This document shows, in pieces, positions 7,831 to 14,871 of a stretch of DNA of 14,871 bases; positions within the stretch are counted from its first letter, which is position 1, and each line of letters starts with the position of its first letter. Source of the DNA: Vulcanimicrobiota bacterium (GTDB lineage: Bacteria > Vulcanimicrobiota > Vulcanimicrobiia > Vulcanimicrobiales > Vulcanimicrobiaceae); NCBI GenBank assembly GCA_003135555.1, contig PLCF01000086.1, forward strand, positions 1 through 14,871, read 5' to 3'. The notes under the pieces were generated by a model that ran no database searches, was not told the origin of the DNA, and worked only from the letters and a program-made list of their open reading frames with translations. The translations under genes were made by a program, and so were the position numbers.

Positions 7831-8555
7831 TATTGATCTCCGGAAGGGAGCGTCAGCTCGACGCGGTTGGGTCCGGTGACGACCGCCGCGATCGCCTTTT
7901 GCGTTTGGGGGTTGAACACCGTGACGGTATCTCCGATCGCGCCGCCGGTGCGGGCGACGACGTCGACGGTGAGCACGACGATACCGTCGCGGACCAACAA
8001 GATCGCGGCCTGTCCGGGTTTCACGACCGTGTCGGCGACGGTCTGCTCGACGTACAGCGGCGCGCCCTTGACGGTCGCGCTGTTCAGCTTGCGGCCCACG
8101 AGGACGTCGAGCCCTACCGCGGGCCGGCCGTTCGAGGCGATGCGCGCGAGCGCAAGATCCGACTCGGCGAGCACGCGCCCCGGCGCGAGGTCGCGCGCGG
8201 CGGTCGCGGTGTGAACGTAGATCGTGACGCGGTACCCGGCGACGACCGTGCGCGCTAGCTTGCCGTCGACGCGCAGCGCGATCGGGACGCTCAGATACGT
8301 CGGCGTGACGAACGGCGTGCCGGCGGCCGTGATCTGGACGCCGCCGGCCGGCAGGCTCTGATCGGACACCGCATAGGCCGGCGCGATCGTGCGATCGGGC
8401 CCGACCACGAGCCCGCGAGCGATCTTGTCCGCGACCGCGGCGACCCGTGCGCCGGCGACGATCTGCGTTTCCGCGAACGCGGAAACATCCGCCGGCACGC
8501 AGAGCGCGCCGATCAGAATCGTCGTGACGAGCGCGAGCGCGCGGCGGGCGAGCAT
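7830..8555 (-). CDS. flgA: P-ring formation chaperone FlgA
   Basis: Signal peptide, SAF-like AARDLAPGRVLAESDL, C-terminal VVKPGQ...GGAIGDTVTVFNPQTQKAIAAVVTGPNRVEL; between flgG and flgH. Confidence 0.9.
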   Translation of the reverse strand: MLARRALALVTTILIGALCVPADVSAFAETQIVAGARVAAVADKIARGLVVGPDRTIAPAYAVSDQSLPAGGVQITAAGTPFVTPTYLSVPIALRVDGKLARTVVAGYRVTIYVHTATAARDLAPGRVLAESDLALARIASNGRPAVGLDVLVGRKLNSATVKGAPLYVEQTVADTVVKPGQAAILLVRDGIVVLTVDVVARTGGAIGDTVTVFNPQTQKAIAAVVTGPNRVELTLPSGDQ

Positions 8556-9340
8556 TAGCGCTTCATCTGGACGGCGGTCTGCAGCATCTCGTCGGCGGTG
8601 GTGATCGCCTTGGAGTTCGACTCATACGCGCGCTGCGCGGTGATGAGGTTGACCATTTCCTCGACGACCGCGACGTTGCTCTGCTCGAGGTAGCCGCCTT
8701 GGAGCGTACCGGTCCCGTTGAGGCCCGGCTGCGACAGCGTCGGCGCGCCCGAGGCGCCGGTCTGCACGAACAGATTGCGTCCCTGCGGCGCGAGGCCGGC
8801 GGCGTTGGTGAAGCGCACCAGCTGGATCTGCCCGAGCTGCTGCGGCTGCTGCTGGCCGGGGATGAGCGCGGTGACGGTCCCGTCCTGGCCTACCTGCACT
8901 TGGGTCGCATTCTGCGGCACGGTGATCTGCGGAGACAAGAAGTTGCCGTCGGCGGTGACGATCGAGCCGTTGGCATCGCGCTTGAACGAGCCGTCGCGGG
9001 TGTAGGCGGCGGTACCGTCCGGCAGCGTTACTTGAAAGAACCCCTCGCCCTCGATCGCGAGATCGAGCGGGTTGCTGGTCTGCTGCAGTACGCCTTGGGT
9101 GAACGACTTCTCCGACGCGCCGATCTTGACGCCCAGACCGACGTCCTGCCCGACGGGGATCACCGACGAGCCGACGGGCGTCCCGGGGGCGCGGAGGTTC
9201 TGATAGATCAGGTCCTGGAAGTGCGCGGTGTTCTTGCGGAACCCCGTGGTGTTGACGTTGGCCAAGTTGTTGCTGATCGTGTCGATGTTGTACTGCTGCG
9301 CGATCATTCCGGTTGCAGCGGTATACAGGGCTCTCATCAT
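8555..9340 (-). CDS. flgG: Distal rod protein FlgG
   Basis: MMRALYTAATGMIAQQ..ISNNLANVNTTGF, FQDLIYQ, DLAIEGEGFFQV, YTRDGSF, LEQSNVAVVEEMVNLITAQRAYESNSK. Confidence 0.96.
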   Translation of the reverse strand: MMRALYTAATGMIAQQYNIDTISNNLANVNTTGFRKNTAHFQDLIYQNLRAPGTPVGSSVIPVGQDVGLGVKIGASEKSFTQGVLQQTSNPLDLAIEGEGFFQVTLPDGTAAYTRDGSFKRDANGSIVTADGNFLSPQITVPQNATQVQVGQDGTVTALIPGQQQPQQLGQIQLVRFTNAAGLAPQGRNLFVQTGASGAPTLSQPGLNGTGTLQGGYLEQSNVAVVEEMVNLITAQRAYESNSKAITTADEMLQTAVQMKR

Positions 9341-9354
9341 GATCGTGGTCGCTC

Positions 9355-10149
9355 CTATGCGGTGCTGCGGCCGACGGTCTGAACCGCCTGTGCGACCGCG
9401 TCGTCTTGGGTTTGAATCGACTTCTGATTCGCGTCGAACCAGCGCTCGTTGGAGATCAGATCGACCATCGAACGCACGACGTCGGCGTTGCTCTTCTCGA
9501 GCGAGCCCTGCAGGGTGGAGGTGTTGACGGCGGCGCGGACGCCCGCGCCGGCGTCCACGAAGCGGTTCGAGCCTTCGGGCCGCAGGTTCGTGGTGTTTGC
9601 GAACTCGACGATCCCCAGCTTGTCGTACGCACGCCCGTCGACGCTCACGGTGCCGTCGCGGCCGATCTCGACCTTGCCGCCCTGCGGGATCGCGATGGCG
9701 GTACCGGCCGCGTTCACGACGCGGTCGCCGTTCTGCGCGGTGAGCACGCCGTTCTGGTCGCGCAAGAAGGCGCCGTCGCGGGTGTACCGGACGGTGCCGT
9801 TGGCGTCACGCAGCGTGAAGAATCCCGGGCCCGAGAGCGCGACGTCGAGGTCGTTGCCCGTCGTGGCCAGCAGGCCTTGCCCGTAGTCCGCCGGCGTGTC
9901 GTAGATTTGCGCACCGGAGCCGAGCGCGCCGATGAGCTGCTGCACCGGCGCCGATTCGACGCTTCCCCCCGGGCGCTGCACGGGGTCGGTCTGAAAACGG
10001 TAGAGCGCGCGTTCCGGCTGCGACTGCACTTGCAGCAGCGTGCGTTTGAAGCCCGCGGTATTCACGTTCGCCAGGTTGTTGGCGATCGTATCGACCGCTG
10101 ATTGCGCGACGAGCGCCCCAGACGCCGCCGTGTACATGCCACGGACCAA
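9355..10149 (-). CDS. flgF: Proximal rod protein FlgF (FlgE/F/G family, 264 aa)
   Basis: TTG at 10149 with SD GGAGGG 9 nt upstream gives MVRGMYTAASG...IANNLANVNTAGFK, DVALSGPGFF, YTRDGAF, LEKSNADVVRSMVDLI; immediately upstream of flgG. Confidence 0.88.
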   Translation of the reverse strand: MVRGMYTAASGALVAQSAVDTIANNLANVNTAGFKRTLLQVQSQPERALYRFQTDPVQRPGGSVESAPVQQLIGALGSGAQIYDTPADYGQGLLATTGNDLDVALSGPGFFTLRDANGTVRYTRDGAFLRDQNGVLTAQNGDRVVNAAGTAIAIPQGGKVEIGRDGTVSVDGRAYDKLGIVEFANTTNLRPEGSNRFVDAGAGVRAAVNTSTLQGSLEKSNADVVRSMVDLISNERWFDANQKSIQTQDDAVAQAVQTVGRSTA

Positions 10150-10258
10150 AGTAAAAAGCCCTCCGCACGGGACGAATCGTTGTGCGCGAATCCGTCTATC
10201 GGTCGGGATTCGCAGCGGCCCCAACCGTGCGAGGGTCGTCCGGCCGCTTCACTGGAGA

Positions 10259-10283
10259 TGATCGGCGAGCGAGGACGGCTACT

Positions 10284-10287
<4 letters not shown>
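10259..10287 (-). promoter_or_regulatory. sigma28-like promoter upstream of flgF
   Basis: Minus strand cTAAA (10283-10286)-N16-GCCGATCA (10259-10266); the TAA is also the kinase stop codon. Confidence 0.65.
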
Positions 10288-11156
<869 letters not shown>

Positions 11157-11163
11157 CAGGACG

Positions 11164-11169
11164 AGTATA
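11164..11169 (-). promoter_or_regulatory. Possible sigma70-type -10 box (leaderless kinase transcript)
   Basis: TATACT exactly 7 nt upstream of the kinase ATG, no SD in between, no recognisable -35. Confidence 0.4.
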
Positions 11170-11229
11170 CCCCGGGCCGGCACCCAGGTTTGCGTTTGCG
11201 GGCGGATTGGACTGCAGGTCCAAACGCGA

Positions 11230-11253
11230 GGGTTCGCGCGTCAGCGCGAATCC
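11230..11253 (-). terminator. Hairpin directly after fliE (terminator or stabiliser candidate)
   Basis: Minus strand GGATTCGCGC-TGAC-GCGCGAACCC (9 of 10 pairs) 1 nt after the fliE stop; only a weak TCGCGTTT tail. Confidence 0.35.
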
Positions 11254-11254
11254 A

Positions 11255-11596
11255 CTAGACCTGCATCCGCGCGATTTCTTGGTACGCCTCGAGCAGCTTG
11301 GAGCGCATCGCCATGGTGAAGTTGAGCGCAAGGTTGGCCTCTTCGACCGAGGTCACGACCTTTTGCAGATCGTTGGTCTTGCCGTCGGCGAGGTCGCGCG
11401 TCGCCTGGTCCGAGGCGTTGACCTTGTCGTTCACGCCGGACAGCAGTGACTGGACGGTATCCTTGAACGAAGGGCCTTCCGGCTCGACACCGGGGATCGG
11501 GCTGGTGTGCGGACGCTCGTCGGCGCCGATGGCGCTGCCCATGTCGGGGACGAAGGTTCCCGGAACGACCTTGGAGATCGCGCTGCCGTAGTCCAT
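11255..11596 (-). CDS. fliE: Hook-basal body protein FliE
   Basis: SFKDTVQSLLSGVN...DLQKVVTSVEEANLALNFTMAMRSKLLEAYQEIARMQV; follows flgC with TGATG overlap. Confidence 0.95.
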   Translation of the reverse strand: MDYGSAISKVVPGTFVPDMGSAIGADERPHTSPIPGVEPEGPSFKDTVQSLLSGVNDKVNASDQATRDLADGKTNDLQKVVTSVEEANLALNFTMAMRSKLLEAYQEIARMQV

Positions 11597-12042
11597 CAGG
11601 CTTTGAGCAACCCCAGCGTTGCGGTACCCATCGCCCGAGCCTCTTGGATCGCGGTCACGTTGGCCTCGTAGGCCCGCGACGCGGCCATCATGTCGACCAT
11701 CTCCTTGACGATGTCGATATTGGGCATGTGCACGTAGCCGTTGCCATCGGCATCAGGGTGCGTGGGATCGTAGATGAGCCGGTCGGGACCCTGATCCTTG
11801 ACGATCCCGACGACTTCGACGCCGGCCCGCGAACGGGCGGGATCGGCCGCGTCGAGCGCGCCCGCGGTTTGCGGCGCGGGCTCGTTCTTCTGCGCGTACA
11901 CCACCAGCTGACGTTTGAACGGGCCGCCTTCGGCGGTCCGGGTCGTGTTGACGTTGGCGATGTTGTTCGCGATGGTGTCCATCGCGAGGCGCTCGGCCGA
12001 CAGACCCGTCGCGCTGACCTCGATCGAGGTGTAAAAGCCCAT
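11596..12042 (-). CDS. flgC: Rod protein FlgC
   Basis: SATGLSAERLAMDTIANNIANVNTTRT..GGPFKRQ, YDPTHPDADGNGYVHMPN, EMVDMMAASRAYEANV. Confidence 0.96.
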   Translation of the reverse strand: MGFYTSIEVSATGLSAERLAMDTIANNIANVNTTRTAEGGPFKRQLVVYAQKNEPAPQTAGALDAADPARSRAGVEVVGIVKDQGPDRLIYDPTHPDADGNGYVHMPNIDIVKEMVDMMAASRAYEANVTAIQEARAMGTATLGLLKA

Positions 12043-12045
12043 GAA

Positions 12046-12465
12046 CTATCCCTGAATCGCCTGGCGCAGGCGGGAGTATTGGTTCTGCAAGAGCTGACCC
12101 ATCGTTTGCGCGTAGGACGAGTTGAGCGACAGCTTCGCCATCTCTTGGTCGACGTCGACGTTGGAGCCGTCGGCGCGCATCTGCTGGTCGGTCGCCACCG
12201 TCGTGGTGACCTCGAACGAGTCGGCACCCTGCGGGTCGCCGAGCGCGATGTGCCGGTCGGAGGCCGTGGTCAGCGCGAGCTCCTCGGGATCGGCCGGAGC
12301 CGCCTCGGTCGCCGCCAGCGCGTCCTTGAAGGACACGTCGGCGCGCCGGAAGTTGGGCGTGTTGACGTTCGCGATGTTGTTCGCAATGACGCCGTGCGCC
12401 GTGCCGGCGCCGTCCATCGCGTTTTTCAGCATGCCGACGGTCTGGCCGAACGAGATGTCGCCCAT
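12046..12465 (-). CDS. flgB: Rod protein FlgB
   Basis: VIANNIANVNTPNFRRADVSF, HI, RADGSNVDVDQEMAKL. Start placed at ATG 12465; ATGs at 12477 and 12483 are alternatives. Confidence 0.94.
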   Translation of the reverse strand: MGDISFGQTVGMLKNAMDGAGTAHGVIANNIANVNTPNFRRADVSFKDALAATEAAPADPEELALTTASDRHIALGDPQGADSFEVTTTVATDQQMRADGSNVDVDQEMAKLSLNSSYAQTMGQLLQNQYSRLRQAIQG

Positions 12466-12473
12466 CACCTCAC

Positions 12474-12502
12474 CCATCGGCATCGCGGCCGCGCAACGTT
12501 AG
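12474..12502 (-). promoter_or_regulatory. sigma28-like promoter upstream of flgB
   Basis: Minus strand cTAAC (12498-12501)-N16-GCCGATGG (12474-12481), 8 nt before ATG 12465. Confidence 0.5.
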
Positions 12503-12583
12503 GCCGAAGGGGGAAGTTCGAGCCGTCGGCGCCGAACGCTCGCGTTGCCGGGTCGCTCGACCGCTTCTCACGAGGAGGCTCCA

Positions 12584-13117
12584 TTGCGCTCACGCTCCTT
12601 CGCGCTGGCCGCCGTCGCGCTGGCCGCGACCGTCGCCGCCGCTTCAGCCGCCACCGAGACCAAAGACCAGAAGATCGCCCGCGCGCTCTCCGCCGGGCCG
12701 GTATCGGTCACCGCCAAGGCGACCGTCGCCGACATGGACGCCAAGGGCAACGTGACGGTGCTCCGCAAGGGCACCAACGGTTGGACCTGCATCCCCGGTC
12801 ATCCCGGCGTCGTCGGCGACGTTGCGATGTGCGCCGACGCGGCGACGATGCAGTGGGGCGCCGACTGGGCCGCGCACAAGCCCAAGCCGACCAACGCGAA
12901 GCCCGGCATCGCCTACATGCTCGCCGGCGGCACCGACTGGAGCGCCAGCGACCCCTTCGCCACCAAAGGAACGCCGATCAAGGAGCCGCCGCACTGGATG
13001 ATCATGTGGCCGGTCGACACGACCAGCGGTCTGCCGACAACCCCACGCGACACCGGCACGTGGATCATGTACGCCGGCACGCCTTACGCACATCTTATGA
13101 TCAACGGCAAACCGTAG
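12584..13117 (+). CDS. Secreted hypothetical protein (177 aa)
   Basis: TTG at 12584 with SD GAGGAGG; signal peptide MRSRSFALAAVALAATVAAASA; strong GC3 bias; fills the gap between flgB and the ABC gene. Confidence 0.85.
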   Translation: MRSRSFALAAVALAATVAAASAATETKDQKIARALSAGPVSVTAKATVADMDAKGNVTVLRKGTNGWTCIPGHPGVVGDVAMCADAATMQWGADWAAHKPKPTNAKPGIAYMLAGGTDWSASDPFATKGTPIKEPPHWMIMWPVDTTSGLPTTPRDTGTWIMYAGTPYAHLMINGKP

Positions 13118-13123
13118 CACGCG

Positions 13124-14854
13124 TTAGCGGGCGAACTGGGCGGCGTGGAGGTTGGCGTAGGCGCCGCCGGCGGCGATGAGGCTCTCGTGAGTGCCGGTTT
13201 CGCGCACGCGGCCGGCTTCGATGTAGAGGATCTTGGTCGCGCGGCGGATCGTCGAGAGACGATGCGCGATGATGAGCGTCGTGCGCCCCGGCAACAGCCG
13301 GTCGAGCGCGTCCTCGATCAGCGCCTCGGAGTGCGAGTCCAGCGCGCTGGTCGCTTCGTCGAGGATCAGGATACGCGGGTCGCGCAGGATCGCGCGCGCG
13401 ATCGCGATGCGCTGGCGCTGTCCGCCCGATAGTCGGATGCCGCGCTCGCCGACGATGGTCGCGTAGCCGTCGGGCAGGCGCCGCACGAACTCGTCGGCGT
13501 TCGCCTCGACGGCGGCCGCGACGATCTCGTCGTCCCGCGCTTCGAGGCGCCCGTACCGAATGTTCTCGGCGATGGAGCCGTTGAATAGCTGGGTCTCCTG
13601 CGGCACGATCGCGATCGCGTTGCGGAGGTCCGACAGCCGCAGCTTCGCGACGTCGACGCCGTCGAGCGTGATGCGCCCGCTCTGGGGATCGTAAAAGCGC
13701 GGTACCAGGTTGACGATCGTGCTTTTTCCGGCGCCCGACGGGCCGACTAAGGCTACGACCTCTCCGTGCAGCATCTCGGCCGAAAAGTGCTCGAGCACGA
13801 ACCGGTCCGCATCGTAGGCGAACGTCACGTCCTCGAACCGTACGTCGCCGGCGACGTGCGGCAGCGCGATCGCATCGGGCGGATCGTCACGCTCGACCGG
13901 CAGATCGAGAATCTCGAACACGCGGCCGGCACCGACGAACGCGCGCCCAAAATCCGCGAAGAAGATCGAGAAACGGTTCATCGGATTGATGAGCAGGCTG
14001 GTGGCAGTCCAAAACTCGAACGCTTGGGCCGGCGTCAACCGGCCCACCGAGACCTCACGCGCGGTGAAGGCTACGACGGCACAGATCGCCAGCATCACCA
14101 CGAACGCGAGCACCGGCGCCTGCGTTTGATTGAACTGCGTGACCTTCATGTACGCCGAGGAATAGCGCTCGTTCGCCGCCGCGAACCGGTCACGCTCGAA
14201 TGCTTCGCGCCGGAACGCCTTCACGATCCGCTCGTTGTTGAGCACTTCGGTCAGGTTGCTCGAGAGATCGGCGATGCGCTCCTGCGAGCGCCGCGTCCCC
14301 GCCACGATGAGAGCGTTGAACTTCCCGACGATCCACGTCACGATCGGTGCGGCGACGAACAAGACGACCGCCAGGAACCAGTCCAGCAAGACCATGTAGA
14401 CTAGCGCGCCGGTGAACGTTACGGTCACCTGCACGAATTGCGGCAACGAGATCGAGACGGCATCGGTCATCAGGCCAAGGTCGGCGCTCATTCGCGACTG
14501 CAGCTCGCCGGGGCGCCAGCGATCGAATTCGCGCAGCGGCATCCGCACGATTCGATCGAACATCCGGGAGCGGAAGTTCTGGACCATCCGCTGGCCGGCA
14601 AATGCCGTGAGATAGCCTTGACCGTAGGAGGCGGCGTTCCCGATGATCTGCGATGCGATGATCAGCACGATGATCAGCGCGAGGATGTTCCAGTTCGGCG
14701 ACGTGACCAGGACGTCTGCGCGAAGGTAGCCCGCGACCTTGGCCAGCGTCAGCGGTGCGACGCCGGCGACGACCCCGAACAGCGTCCCGGCGATCAGCTG
14801 CGGGTAGTACGGGCGCGCCTCGCGGAGGAGCCGGCGGAAGGTCGGGTTCACCAC
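13124..14854 (-). CDS. ABC exporter, fused permease/ATPase (MsbA-like half transporter)
   Basis: N-terminal TM region; Walker A GPSGAGKS, Q-loop VPQE, signature LSGGQRQR, Walker B ILILDEATSALD, AHRLST. Substrate cannot be determined from sequence. Confidence 0.93.
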   Translation of the reverse strand: MVNPTFRRLLREARPYYPQLIAGTLFGVVAGVAPLTLAKVAGYLRADVLVTSPNWNILALIIVLIIASQIIGNAASYGQGYLTAFAGQRMVQNFRSRMFDRIVRMPLREFDRWRPGELQSRMSADLGLMTDAVSISLPQFVQVTVTFTGALVYMVLLDWFLAVVLFVAAPIVTWIVGKFNALIVAGTRRSQERIADLSSNLTEVLNNERIVKAFRREAFERDRFAAANERYSSAYMKVTQFNQTQAPVLAFVVMLAICAVVAFTAREVSVGRLTPAQAFEFWTATSLLINPMNRFSIFFADFGRAFVGAGRVFEILDLPVERDDPPDAIALPHVAGDVRFEDVTFAYDADRFVLEHFSAEMLHGEVVALVGPSGAGKSTIVNLVPRFYDPQSGRITLDGVDVAKLRLSDLRNAIAIVPQETQLFNGSIAENIRYGRLEARDDEIVAAAVEANADEFVRRLPDGYATIVGERGIRLSGGQRQRIAIARAILRDPRILILDEATSALDSHSEALIEDALDRLLPGRTTLIIAHRLSTIRRATKILYIEAGRVRETGTHESLIAAGGAYANLHAAQFAR

Positions 14855-14871
14855 GAAACCTTCGCCGTACC

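Noticed and set aside
10150..10224. 25-aa N-terminal extension of FlgF
   Set aside because: The family N-terminus (MVRGMYTAASG) and a well-spaced SD point to TTG 10149.
11186..11230. c-di-GMP-I riboswitch suggested by GCAAAC-GCAAACC upstream of the kinase
   Set aside because: No GNRA-capped stem or tetraloop-receptor architecture recognisable; an Infernal search would settle it.
11644..13179. Long plus-strand ORFs (511 aa here; also 1101-2030, 3669-4805, 6233-7426, 10182-11258)
   Set aside because: Antisense or off-frame shadows of well-supported genes, caused by stop-codon scarcity in GC-rich DNA.
13124..14854. Calling the ABC exporter msbA or a flagellar glycosylation exporter
   Set aside because: No lpx or glycosyltransferase context in the window; family membership alone does not give the substrate.

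Overview
GC-rich bacterial window that is almost entirely a minus-strand flagellar gene cluster. In transcription order (right to left): MsbA-like ABC half-transporter, then a plus-strand secreted hypothetical protein divergent from flgB, then flgB-flgC-fliE, a stand-alone Hanks-type Ser/Thr kinase, flgF-flgG-flgA-flgH-flgI-flgJ, flgM, flgN-flgK-flgL-fliW-csrA, and the 5' part of flagellin (runs off the left edge). L/P-ring genes together with the FliW-CsrA-flagellin module and a Cys-less FlgH suggest a diderm outside the enteric Proteobacteria, possibly Eremiobacterota/Armatimonadota-like (inference only). Most notable: (1) an intact cytoplasmic PknB-like kinase embedded between fliE and flgF, possibly leaderless; (2) csrA can only have its conserved N-terminus from a CTG start behind a hairpin-sequestered SD; (3) four similar sigma28-like promoters, two of them in front of early rod genes; (4) a two-state anti-SD leader upstream of flgF and a structured flgM-flgN spacer. 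No mobile element, CRISPR array or rRNA/tRNA gene was recognised.
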